In this document: piece after piece, positions 39,728-51,980 of the stretch
How positions within the stretch are numbered: the stretch's first letter is position 1
Layout: every line of letters starts with the position of its first letter
Source of the DNA: Malacoraja senta
Taxonomy: Eukaryota
Length of the DNA: 64,000 nucleotides
Assembly: GCA_038087875.1 (NCBI GenBank)
Contig: CM075991.1
Span: 12,278,001-12,342,000, forward strand
Direction: 5' to 3'
The notes under the pieces: generated by a model
The model's database searches: none
Told to the model about the DNA's origin: nothing
Seen by the model: the letters and a program-made list of their open reading frames with translations, nothing else
Made by a program: the position numbers and the translations under genes

Positions 39728-41626
39728 CTGTAAGGAGAGAGCAACTAGTCAGTCAGAAATACTTTCCCCTCCGTTGCCAACTCAGTGTTGAGAAAGAATC
39801 ACTCTTATGTATAGACAGACACAAAACGCTGGAGTAACTCAGCGGGTCAGGCAGCATCTCTGTAGAAAATGGATGTGACGTTCTGGGTCGGGACCCTTCT
39901 TCAGATGTCTGAAGAAGGGTCCCGACGCGAAATATCACCTATCCATTTTCTCCAGTCTGGTAACTCACTCTGGTGTCAACGTTTTTTTCCTAAGCATTAT
40001 CTTGGTCTCCTCACCCTGGATACCCCCAATCATAGTATCAAACTTTTTCTATCTAACCCATCTCATTCAATCATAATGTTCAACAGCCTCGGTCAAGTCC
40101 CCTTTGCTCTAATGTAGGGAAACCCCCTTTCCCTTATTTGTAATTCCTCAGGCAGTGAATCCGTGCCCATATGCTGCCGAGTGAGTGAGGTGCCTATTCC
40201 CTTTGGCAGGAGAATGGAGCTAAGAGGGAAAAATTGATCAGCCATGATCCAATGGCGAAGCAGACGCGATGGTCCGAATGGCCTCATTCTGCTCCTGCGT
40301 CTTATGGTCTATGATTTTTGCAGCCCAATCCACTTGCGATCGTGATCCCACGATTCCTTCCCTTTCACACTGCCCGTCGCTCCCCAAATCCAAAGCAATT
40401 TATTTCATCAAATTCAATTCGCCAAACCTCTCCTCCCACTGATGTTACAGTGCAGTACAACTTCCCGAGTGATCTAAGAAACCCGTGCGGCCGGCAGTGT
40501 CTTGTCCTTACCTGGAACCTCTCCAGCTCTCCGGTGACCGCAGCCTGTGCCTTGGCGAGCGGGGTGTGGCACCGCTCGATACAATGATGAACCTCTTCCA
40601 TGGACGAGTTGCCATTGTCGCAGCAGTCAGCACTGCATCGGAACATTCTTCCCTGGTGAGGCAAAGCAAACACACAGCGATATCATTCACTTATTCCCCA
40701 CACCGCACATGTACCTTCAGGTACATCTCATCTGTTTGGTTTATTATTGTCACTTGTACCGAGGTTGTTGCATGCTATCGCGTCAGCGAAAGGTGGCGTA
40801 GTGGTAGAGCTACTGCCTTACAACGCCCGACTACAGGTGCTGTCTGTACGGAGTTTGTACCTTCTCCCTGTGACCTATATGAGTCTCTCAGAGATCTTCG
40901 GTTTCCTCACATACTCCAAAGATATAGTTTGTAGGTTAATTGGCTTGGTATAAAGGTAAAAAATTGTCCCTAGTGTGCGTAGGGTAGTGTTAGTGTGCGG
41001 GGATCACTGGTCGGTGCAGACTCGGTGGGCCGAAGGGCCTGTTTCCGCGCTGTATCTCTAAAGTAAACTATACATGGTTACAATCAAGCCATCTACAGTG
41101 TACAGATACAGGATAAAGGGAATAACGTTTTGTGAACAAGAGCATAGTTAGAGTAAGAAATGCAGCTGTTAAAATAGATTTAAAAGAGTGGAGCAAGCTT
41201 GAGCACCTACCCCCACCTATGGGAGAGATGACCCCACCACACCGCCCCCATTCATGGGAGAGAGCCCCTACCCCACCCTCATTCATGGGAGAGAGCACCT
41301 TCTCCCCCACCCATGGGAGATCCCTACCCCACCCATGGGAGATCCCTGCCCCACCCATGGGAGATCCCTACCCCACCCATGGGAGACAGCATCCCCAGCC
41401 CCCTCCCCCACCTATGCCACCTAAGGGTGCCCGCGCTGCCCTTTGCCTTCTGTCCCTTTCACCTTCACCTTGAGCCCGCCGCCTCCGAGCGCGGCCCCAG
41501 GGTCACCCCGTCCTCCCCGACCCCGCACCGCACCTGCATCTTGCGGATCTGCTCCTTCTCTAGGCCCTGCACCATGGTGTCGACTGCCCGCTGCAGCCGG
41601 CGCTGCTGAGACTCGGCGCCCGCCAT
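39539..41626 (-). CDS. FAM136A: Protein FAM136A (mitochondrial intermembrane-space CX3C protein), 3 exons, 140 aa
   Basis: Exons 41534-41626 ([31 protein letters not shown]), 40512-40652 ([11 protein letters not shown]...[13 protein letters not shown]...ERFQ) and 39539-39727 ([16 protein letters not shown]...CVTKCVDDH...SIAK*). All junctions are GT-AG, phase 0; close resemblance to human FAM136A. Confidence 0.96.
40512..40652 (-). CDS. FAM136A: FAM136A exon 2
   Basis: ctcaccag|GGA ... CAG|gtaagg; 141 nt. Confidence 0.95.
40790..41068 (+). mobile_element. V-SINE-like copy in FAM136A intron 1
   Basis: ggtggcgtagtggtagagctactgccttaca...ggtgctgtctgtacggagtttgtac...gggccgaagggcctgtttccgcgctgtatctcta. 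Confidence 0.85.
41210..41390. repeat. 22-bp minisatellite (CCCACCCATGGGAGATCCCTAC) with degenerate flanking units
   Basis: CATGGGAGA recurs at 41312, 41334, 41356 and 41378 (period 22), with looser copies near 41218, 41253 and 41284. Confidence 0.9.
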
Positions 41627-41730
41627 CGCTCCACGCTGCCTCCCGGCCCGGCCCGGCCCAACCCGACCAGGCCCGCGGTCCTCCACCGCCGGCGCCCCCT
41701 TCAGCTCGGAGCAGCAGCCGCAGCTGAATG
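41420..41730. promoter_or_regulatory. CpG island over FAM136A exon 1 and promoter
   Basis: Very GC- and CpG-rich stretch spanning the start codon. Confidence 0.75.
41534..41626 (-). CDS. FAM136A: FAM136A exon 1
   Basis: gcgATGG Kozak context at 41626; CAG|gtgcgg donor. Confidence 0.93.
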
Positions 41731-42269
41731 TCCCCACCTCAGGTGAGACTGTCTCAGGATTGTCACATGAGGAGGCTGGGACCTCTGCTGTTTGTGATAT
41801 ATATATATATATATAAATGACTTGGTTGAAAATATAGACACATGGACAGCAGAGGCTAGAATCTTGAGGGGGAAAAAGTGCTGGAGAAACTTAGCAGGTC
41901 AGGCAGTCTCTGTGGGGGGAAATATTCAGGCAATAATAAGGAATCCCAGGTATTCTCCCCCCCCGGCATACCTCGTGTACGCATGTACCCAGGTTCCCCA
42001 CCCCACCCCACCCCACCCCACCGCACCGCACAGACCTTTCTTCTCCTTTCATCCGTCGAATGGGGGTAGACTCTGTAGAAAGGTCCCGACTCGAAACATT
42101 GCCTGTCCTACTCTACCTATTACATTTTCAGTGGTGATTTGTGAATTCTTAAAGGGCAACTTCCTGTTACCTGGCCCACTGAAACGCCAAGTCACGCTCG
42201 AGATTACAGGTGCTGCTCCAATCTCCAGAAAATATATTACTTTGGGGAAATAATATATATTCTTAAATA

Positions 42270-42660
42270 TATGGTCGGGGCTGAGCAACGAACGGTCCAG
42301 CAGGTGGCAGAGGCCAAAACTCTGAAAAAACTGGGTTCTATAATGACCAACCCCAATCACCCACTCCATGCCCTGAAGGTGATCAAGAGCAGCAGCTTCA
42401 GTCAGAGACTGATTGCACCAATGTGCAAAACGGAGAGACATAGGAAGTCCTGTTTACCAGCTGCGATAAGGTTATATAATGCGCATAAATAACTGCACTT
42501 TTTTAAAATTAATTGTATTTTAACTTGTATTTTAACTTGTATTTTAACTTGTTAAGTATGGAAGTTATTTGTGGTGTTATGTCTGTCTTGAAGCTGTCGT
42601 GGCATTGTAATTTCCTGCAAAGGATTATTAAAGGTATAATCTAATCTAATCTAATCTAAT
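42270..42660 (+). mobile_element. Rex1/Babar-like LINE 3' end with (CTAAT)n tail
   Basis: ORF ending HPLH...SSFSQRL..PMCKTERHRKSCLPAAIRLYN; 3' UTR contains 3 x TTTTAACTTGTA; attaaa followed by the (ctaat)n tail. Confidence 0.7.
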
Positions 42661-43039
42661 AAATGTAGTTGTAGTTCAGAACCTGTACACAAGGTGGCAT
42701 AAGTACTCTTTGCTGCCTAACTGGAGGAGGTTTGTCACCGATATTTAATTCATCGACTTATAAAAGTCAATCTTTCCTCCTGCTCACTCATATCCACATC
42801 CTGGCAGCTCCTCGCCTGTGGCATCCCACTTATCTTATATATTCATCTTGGTTTCTCAAATTAAAGATGCACAAACGTTTTTAAAGGCAGGATTGTGTAC
42901 TCCAAATCATCAGGAAACTCAGACAAGAGGACCAAGCGGTGGGATTATGAAAGGAAGATTTGGAATTGATATCAGGAGCATAAAAATGGGAGGACCTCTT
43001 CACTCCCTCTTCTATTTGTATGATTGACTCCATGACGAA

Positions 43040-45250
43040 GAACATACACCAACAATTCTACTTCCTCAGAAGGCTAAGGAAATTTGGTGAGTCCAATCAG
43101 TCTTAAAACGCGCAAAATTCCAAGGTCCTCTTTAGCACCATCACCTCCATCATCTGTTCTGCCACCAGCACCAGCCTAACTGGGTCCCCTGCTAAGTGCA
43201 AGGAATTTACCACATTTTTCACCAGCAAGGTAAAGAATATAAGAACGAATATTTCCCCTCCCACCCGTGACCTGGCTGTCTCATTGGTCTGCTCTTCAAA
43301 ATTAGACAGTTTCCAACCCATTACTCTACCCTCCCTTGTAAAACTGATCACCACCATGAAACCTACTACCTGCCCCCTCGACACTGTCCCCTCTGCCCTC
43401 CTAAAGGACGTCATTACAACAGCTGGTCCCAGCATCCTCGCCATCTACAACAGCTCTCTGGCCACTGACACTGTACCTACCTGCTTCAAGCATGCGGTGG
43501 TCCAACCACTCCTGAAAAAACCTAACCTCGACCCCACCTTGCCAAGCAACTACAGACCCATTTCTAAACTGCCTTTCCTCTCAAAAGCCCTTGAAAAGGT
43601 AATTTTAAGTCAACTTATACCATACCTTCACCAAAACACTATCTTGGAAACTTTCCAATCAGGTTTCAGGGCTCACCATAGCACAGAGTCTGCCTTGTTG
43701 AAGGTACACAATGACCTACTGCTCACCGTTGACTCCTGGCGACTGTGCAATTCTGCTCCTTCTTGACCTCAGCGCAGCATTTGATACTGTCGACCATACC
43801 ATCCTAATTGACCGTCTCCGGTATGGGGTTGGTATTGATGGCACTGCCCTGAGCTGCTTCATCTCCTACCTCAAAGGTAGGAGTTTCTCGACTAACATAG
43901 GCAACTCATTCTCCTCCCCAGCTAATCTCTGCTGTGGGGTTCCACAAGGTTCCATCCTTGGCCCCATTCTCTTCTCCCTGTATATGCTCCCCTTAGGCCA
44001 AGTCAGTGAAAGGCACGGCATTTCCTTCCATTGCTACGCAGATGATACACAACTCTATCTCCCCCTGAAGCCCAAAAACCAATCAAATCTGTTTAACCTT
44101 ACCCACTGCCTCGAGGATATAAAGTGTGGGATGGACCAGAACTTCCTCCAACTAAACGAGAGTAAGTCTGAGGTTATCCTTCTCGGCCCCTCGGACTCAA
44201 TCAAAATGATAGCAGGCAGCCTTGGCAGCCTTACCCCACTACTCAAACCTCACGTCAAAAACCTTGGCATGATAATTGACTCAGCACTGAAATTTGACAA
44301 ACAAGTCAATGCCGTGGTAAAAGCTAGCTTCTTTCAGCTTCAGACGATAGCTAAAATAAAACAATTCCTCCAGTTTGATGACCTGGAAAAGATCATCCAC
44401 ACATTCATCTCCTCCCGCCTAGATTACTGCAACTCCCTTTACACTGGCATCAGCCAATCTTCCCTGTCCCGCCTGCAACTGGTCCAAAACGCCGCAGCGA
44501 GACTCCTGACGGGCACCCGAAAAAGGGACCACATCACCCCGATCCTGGCCTCTCTCCACTGGCTCCCTGTGCAGTTCCGTATAAACTTCAAGATCCTCCT
44601 CCATGTCTACAAAGCCCTCAATGGGCTTGCCCCCACCTACATAAAAAGTCTTCTCACCCACCACTCCACCTCCAGGCCCCTCAGATCGTCCGACTTGGGG
44701 TTGCTGAATATCCCATGGTCTAGGCATAAGCTCAGGGGCGACCGCGCCTTTGCGGTTGCAGCCCCTAGACTGTGGAACAGCATCCCCTTTCCCATCAGAA
44801 CTGCCCCCTCCATCGACTCTTTTAAGTCAAGACTAAAGACTTATCTATACTCCCAAGCCTTTCCTGACATCCTCTGAGTGAGGGCTACATGTATATATGT
44901 ATGTAGTTTATTTTCTTTGTGCTATTCTTATAACAAATGTAAAGCACTTTGGCCAACGAGAGTTGTTTTTTAAATGTGCTATATAAATAAATGTGACTTG
45001 ACTTGACTTACCAAGATGCTGCGTAGAATGTATCCTATCCAGATGCTTCACTGCTTGGTTTGGCAACTGCTCCGCCCAAGACCGCAAGAAATTGCAGAGT
45101 TGTGAACACAGCACAGTCTATCACACAAACCAGCCTGCCCTCCGTCAACTCCATGTACACTTCATGCTGCCTTGGGAAAGCAGCCAACATAATCAAGGAT
45201 CACACGTCCCAGTAATTCTCTCTTCTTCCCTCTCCCATCAGGCAGAAGAT
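43040..45250 (+). mobile_element. Older Rex1/Babar-like LINE fragment split by the L2 insertion
   Basis: Left piece (about 43045-43100) reads QQFYFLRRLRKFG. Right piece (about 45012-45250) reads RCCVECILSRCFTAWFGNCSAQDRKKLQ. These are consecutive motifs of the Rex1/Babar RT C-terminus. Confidence 0.65.
43105..45009 (+). mobile_element. L2-clade LINE, 5'-truncated, with a single frameshift in ORF2
   Basis: ORFs 43284-43766 and 43711-44877 contain NYRPISKLPFLSK, QSGFR..HSTE, LLDLSAAFDTVDH, GVPQGSILGP, CYADDTQLY, SRLDYCNS, LQLVQNAAAR and LHWLPV; the tail is aataaatgt(gactt)n. Confidence 0.93.
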
Positions 45251-47839
45251 ACAACGTATCCCTGGAGAGAGAAAAAGGAAGTCTATATTTCAGATGAATA
45301 ATCTTCGATCAGAACCAGCTAGTCCTGATACAAATTGGAAAACTGAGCACTCTGCAGTCGGGTTTATTTCTGAGTCCAAAGTGCAGTGTAAGTGGTTGGA
45401 AGATGAGGTGCCATTCTCTAAGCTTCCCATTAGACCTTTTTGGAACTATGCTGGAGACAACAGAAGAATAGTTCAGAGTGAGATGAGCCGGCCACTGGGC
45501 ATCCAGGGACAATGTTTTAAAGTGAAAGGATTTCCTTGTTAATATTTTTCTTCACTCAACCATTTTTCATTGATATATTCTGGCACAGAATCTTTTCCTC
45601 AGCTACCTGTGAGCTGCGTGCCCTTGAATTCTGAATGGAATCGGCACCTATTGTTAGTTTGTCCATTTGACAAGGGGAGAAAGTGCAAGGATATTTATCA
45701 AGACTGTCAAAACATGAAACCTGACCAATCTTTCTTTCAAAATACTGCATTGCTGCTGTGTTGTGCAATTTGTGCAACAAGATAATTGTATGTTGGCAGA
45801 ATAATATAACCCAATTATACCAGCTATTGTGACCACCAGGTTTGCAGTTCAATTAATGTTAACGCACACAGACCAGTTTGCCTATTGATACCTGGAGCTG
45901 CCCTACTTGGAAGATCTAACGAACAATATTATTCGGTGCCAGTTCTCTCACGATTCACAATAACATTATTTGATACATTTCTTGGTCAATTTATATTGAA
46001 ACTGCTCATGGATTTTTGCTTATTTATTTCTGACGGCTGACAAGATCACTTCAGTTGTTTCAGGTCCGATTACTAAATTCTGTATTACAAACCGCAGAAG
46101 ATAGCTCCCCTCTTTTGAGCAATCGGCAGCCAATCCATGTGATTGATGACAATTTGACCAAACTCACTTCATTTTAAAACTTGCACATGTCTCCGTGCAC
46201 AAGTGGCTTTTACAAACGTCATAAGTGCACTGTGTTCGAGCTCAGAATGAGCTCCAGAACAGATAGTTCTGTAAATTTGCGGGCGGCTAAGCCATGAAAC
46301 CTTTCCATAAAAATTCTCATGTGAGTGAAAAATAATTGGTTCAAAAGTTTGCGTGCCTCTTGATAGCTGAACACGTTGAACTCCTGGTGAATCTCTTTTG
46401 AGCGCGGTGAGCAGAATTTTGTTTGACCTACCGTGGCAGTTTGCTTCAGCATCAATTTCCTAGGACAGAAATATTTTAATTAAGCCTTAATTTAGCCCGA
46501 TAATAACTATCATGCAAATGATTGCTTTGCAAATCTCCATGGTAACAAAAGGATAATTGTTGTAAAGTAGGAAACATTTTAGTGCCCTTCGACCACTATT
46601 TGTAAGCAAGTGTGACAAATTACTGTTATTTATGCAACGCTATATGGCTATTGCAATGCACATTTATACTGCCTGAGGTATAGATTTACACCTGCACCTT
46701 TAGAAATGCTACACTGCAACAATTGCCCCGATTTCTACAGAGAATCTGCCAGCCTTTTATACATTGTGATTATTTTGCTTACATCGCAAAGGATTAAAGG
46801 GGAGATTTCATCGAGCTGTTAAAAAGACAATGGGGAGAGTACTTTTCTGCTGGTAGGATAATCATTTCCCATCAGATGCAGATTTAGGGTGATTATGGAA
46901 GAAGCAGAAGGAGAGAATAATTGTTTTGAACGCTGTGAGATATTACGATCCCAATTGACTGAAGAGCTGGTGTAAGCAGATTGGTTTGGAGCAATCAAGG
47001 GGAAATTGGATAAACCTTTGGTGGAAGATTGCAGGTCCATGGAGAAACAGCAGGGACGTCGGACTGATTCAAGAGCAGTAAGCCTAGTGGGAGAACTGGG
47101 AAGGGGATGGAGCGATAAAGCAAGGGCTATCTGAAGTTAGAGAAGTCAATGTTCATACCGCTGGGGTGTAAACTACCCAGGCAAAATATGAGGTGCAAAC
47201 TACCCAAGCAAAATATCAGACAGCTTCTCTGGAGAATAGGAATAGGTGATGTTTCGGGTTGAGACCTTTCTTCAGACTTCAAGAAGATTCATTTTCTCCA
47301 GAGATGCTGTCCGACCTGCTGAGTTACTCCAGCTTTTTATGTCTATCTTTGGTTTAAACCAGCAACTGCAGTTCCTTCCTACACATATGCATGTTACATG
47401 TGCACCCATCCATATACTGTAATTCTCTGTCACACACACGGAATCACTGACTATAATTTAGAAGTTTGCATATATTAAAATATTAAATTTATAGCACTCA
47501 GTTCAAGTGCATTTTACAAAGATAGTCTAAAATTAGAACAATGTCTACGAACAGTGCTGTTCTATCTGTTGAGTGGATTTATATTCAGGGAAAGAAACGA
47601 TAGACAAAATATTCCAAACTTGCTCAATAAATGCTAGAATATATGGTTGAGTGGTGCGATGTCACATTACTTACGACATTGAGAGTTAGTTGGTTTAATA
47701 ACCCTGGGTAATTTTCATCCCGCCATGACATCTGGGGATACTCAGTTTATTAAATGAAAAATCAGGGATTCACAGCAGGTCTGGAATAATTACATTGTAG
47801 CTACTAGATTGTCATAAAAACGTTGCTAGTTCATAGATT

Positions 47840-48150
47840 TATACAGCATTGAGACAGGCCCTTTGGCCCAACTCGTCTATGCCAACTAAGGTGCTCCATC
47901 TAAGATCCCATTTGCTTGCATTTGGCCCATATCCCTCTAAACCCTTTCCATCCACGTACCTGTCCAAATGTTTTATTAAATATTATCATTACACCCACCT
48001 CTACTACTTCCTTCGGCGACTCATTCCATATTCCCTCTGTCTCTGTGTGAAAAATGTGTCACTCAGATTCCCTTTAAACCTTTCCCCTTATTCTTAAACC
48101 TCTGATTCTACTTCAAGACAGCCCGACCTAGGGAAAAGGTCTGTGTCTAT
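47840..48150 (-). mobile_element. CR1 3' fragment
   Basis: caggccctttggcccaac...tttggcccatatccctctaaacc...cctgtccaaatg. Confidence 0.7.
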
Positions 48151-48339
48151 CTATCCTATTTGTTATAACAGCTAGATAATATAATGGCCGAGTAATAATG
48201 AATGGCGGAGTAGACTTGATGGGCCGAATGGCCTAATTCTGTTCCTATCATTTATGAACATGAACGTTTAATGTTTATCTTGAACATATAGATATATAGA
48301 AGTTTCATCTGCTCCACTGTGAAATCTCCCCAAGGTATG

Positions 48340-48900
48340 CCTACTGTGTTCTCCTCCTCTTCCCATTTCCACACTGACCTTTCTGTCCTGGACCTCCTCC
48401 ATTGCCAGGGTGAGGCCACATGCAGACTGGAGGAACAGCACCTCTTATTCTGCTTGGGTAGCTTACAACCCATCAACATGAACATCGAATTCTAAAATTT
48501 TAAGTAACTTACCAAATCCACCTGCTTCTCTCCCCTCCCCCCCTTACCCCCTCCCCTCTCTGTCCCCGTCCCACCAAGACTTACACCCATTTCTCCCCTC
48601 CCCTTCCACCTACATTCCTTCCTCTGGCTTCCAGCTTCACAACTCACATCTCTTCAATCCTTATCTCACACCGTTAGTCTTTCCATCTGTGGCCATTGTC
48701 CAACCATCGACCTATCCATCACCCCCCCCCCTATCATTTGCCAGGCTTGTCCTGCTCCTCCCCTCTTCCAACTTTTTACCCCCCCACCCCACCCCCACTA
48801 CAATCTGTCTGAAGAAGGGTCCCGACCCAAAATGTCACCTATCCATGTTTTCCAGAGATGCTGCCTGACCTGCTGAGTTACTCCAGCACTTTGTGTCCCC
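48340..48900 (+). mobile_element. Penelope-like 3' fragment with hammerhead-like motif (about 48809)
   Basis: ctgacctttctgtcctgg...ggaggaacagcacctc...ttgggtagcttacaaccc matches the end of the 10304 ORF; it is followed by ctgaagaagggtcccgaccc. Confidence 0.75.
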
Positions 48901-51439
48901 ATTTATCTCATTGCTCTGTTAGTACCAGTGGTAGTATCATATCTCAGACAAGTGCAAACATTGATTTGGCATGTGTAAATTGCTTTATTAATTTTTTGTC
49001 TGTTTTTCCATTGCTCATTTTTCTGTGATTTATGTTTCTATTCTGTTTCACCCGCACAATAGACTTGTGCTCCTAGAGGGAATAATCGAGTCCAGCTCTG
49101 CTAGCTGTTCACAAATTGCTTTGATCAGAACAAGGAACAACATGGCAGCTGTGTAATAGCTTTTAAATTCATTGCAATTTCTCTTCTTAATTACGTTTTT
49201 TGACGAATTCTATTTTCAATGTAGATTTCTCTCTCTCAGTCCGTCCGTCAAGTCAACATACAAGATGTACAGTGAAATGAAAGTGGCAACGCCTGCGGGA
49301 TTGTGCAAAACAACAGAACAACAGAACAGAACAAAACCAGTATTTACATTTAATAAAAGACACAACAGTAATTACTCCCTGGTGAGATCAGATTTTACAG
49401 TCCTGATGGCCTGTGGGAAGAAACTCCATCTCATCCTCTCATCCACAACTAAACATTTGCTCTTCTCGATGCCCTCTTCATCTGAGATGAAATTCCCTTT
49501 GTAAAAATGTCTTAAAAAAAATTCAAAATCTGAAATTTAGATTGTTATTGTCATATGCACCAAGACACAATGTTTGGCGTGCTATCCAGTCAGACCATAA
49601 ATAAAAGATTGGAACGATAGTAGTGGATAATAGTATGGGGCACCAGACAAAGTGTAACCACCCTCCACGGATATCTTGCATCACTCAATTCTCTGAAAAT
49701 ATCAAGTCTGATCTTGGCTTAAGGAGATAAGCATTTCTCACTGGTTCAATGGTACTTTCTTGTCACATGTACCTAGGTACAGTGAATTTATTTTTTGCAC
49801 ACAGTTCATTAAAACCTAAATTAATACATACTACACTTTATTGTATGTATGAATGAGAAACATTCAAATATAAGAATTACCAGCAATTGTATGTTCTTCA
49901 TTGTTTATTTGTGCAATTAAAATCCCAGAGATTTGATTTAATCTCTTTCCAAACAAATTGATACAATGCCCCAATCCCAAATACTTATCGTTTAATAAAT
50001 CATTCAGGCTCAAATGAAAATTCAACAAAACTTCTTGTGTTACTTTTGTATGACTTATTTTTCAGTGGTCAGAGAAGAACTATAGAAGGATGCTTACGCA
50101 TTGCAACTTTTGTTAATGTGACTGATGTAAGTGCTGCTTTGAAAATGTTGACAAAAGCATTCTACTTTCAGCGGACCGTTGAGTGATGTTAATATTCCCC
50201 TGCTAAAAACTACAACCCATGCTGATAACTTTCACCTCACCTCTTTCCCACACAGATAATAGACTATAAAGAGTTGACACACAGGGGAGAAGAAAAGAGT
50301 TTGACTTAAAAGCAGAGAATTAACTAAATTTACATCAAGTCTAAAGAAAAATATAATAGCGGATAAACCAAGAGACATCATCCTACTTTGCTTTTTATTT
50401 TTCCATTTAGTTTTCTCTTATTTCCTTTGTCATTTTTTGCTTGGCTGATCCATTACCCCTTTGAAATTTGTACACAACTGATACTTTCAAATATGTACTT
50501 TTGCTCTAAGATATACAGAATTTGAAAGATTTCATTGAAAGATACAGTTATGGAATTCGTGGATTGGTACCAATATGTGTCACTATCGAGCCACAAAAGA
50601 TCCCCAAACTGAATTTAGCTAAGGATGAAAAATTACCTTCACTCCTTCTCCACTTCATTAGGGTGGAGCATTCCATCACACGTAGAATATAGAACAGCAC
50701 AGGATCAGGCCCTTCAATGTCCTGTTATCAGGCAACTGAATCTTCCTACCACAACCAGAGAGCAGCGCTGAACTACTATCTACCTCATTGATGACCCTCG
50801 GACTATCGGACTTTGCTGGCGTTACCTTGTATTAAACGTCATAATTTTATCATGTATCTGTACACTGTAAATGGTTCGATTGTAATCATGTATTGTCTTT
50901 CTGCTGACTGGATAGCATGCAACAAAAGGATATATTTTTTTAATTGATATCATTGCTTCGATATTCTTATTTCAAACTTTTCCTCCTTTTGTGCTAAAGG
51001 CATTGAATCATCGTGACACTTCGTTCCAGAGGAACAATGGATTTGATATTTTTAGCTGGAGGTTAAATGATAAAATCTCTTGCTCAAGCAAAAAGAAGCT
51101 CATAATGACCAACCTTCTATCTCATTCTGTTTGCAAAGCCCATTGAAAGGTTTTTGTCATGTTGCAAGGACATTGCGATCTTCTCCTCTTGTCCCGGTCT
51201 CTCGAACTGGCCGCTCCTCTCATGAACAAGAAGGAACTGCAGATGCTGGTTTAAACCGAAGATAGACACAAAAAGCTGGAGTAACTCAGCGGGACAGGCA
51301 ATATCTGTGGAGAGAAGGAATGGGTGACGTTTCAGGTCGAGACCCTTCTTCAGACCAAAGATCATCGAGCGGAGATGGCGCTGAAGATTACCCATGAGCT
51401 ACTACAGCTTTTTCGCAGAGTGGAGTATCTTGCTCTACT

Positions 51440-51980
51440 CTATGATCTTTGCTTCAGACTGGTTAGGGATAAGGGAAGCGGGAGATAGACGGTGATGTGG
51501 AGAGATAAAGAACAATGAATGAAAGATATGCAAAAAAGTCACGATGATAAAGGAAACTGGCCATTGTAAGCTGTTTGTTGGGTGAAAATGAGAAGCTGGA
51601 GCGACTTGGGTGGGGGAGGGATAGAGAGGGAGAGAGGGAATGCTGGGGCTACCTGAAGTAAGAGAAATCAATATTCATACCACTGGGCTGTAAGCTGCCC
51701 AAGCAAAATATGAGATGCTGTTCCTCCAATTTGTGTTTAGCTTCACTCTGCAATGGAGAAAACCGAGGACAGAAAGGTTTATCTAGGAATGGAAAGGAGA
51801 ATTAAAGTGTCCAGCAACCGGGAGATCAGATTTGTTCAAGTGGGCTGAGCGAAGGTGTTCCGCGTAACGATCGCCCAGTCTCGCCGATGTATAAGTCCAC
51901 ATCTTGAACAACGCATACAGTAGATGAGGTTGGAGGAGGTGCAAGTGAACCTCTGCCTAACCTGAAAGGACTGTTGGGGA
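51440..51980 (-). mobile_element. Penelope-like GIY-YIG fragment
   Basis: Minus-strand translation gives QQSFQVRQRFTCTSSNLIYCMRCSRC and LYIGET, frameshifted. Confidence 0.8.

Noticed and set aside
41068..41473. Pro/His-rich and Gly-rich ORFs near FAM136A
   Set aside because: They are translations of the 22-bp intronic minisatellite.
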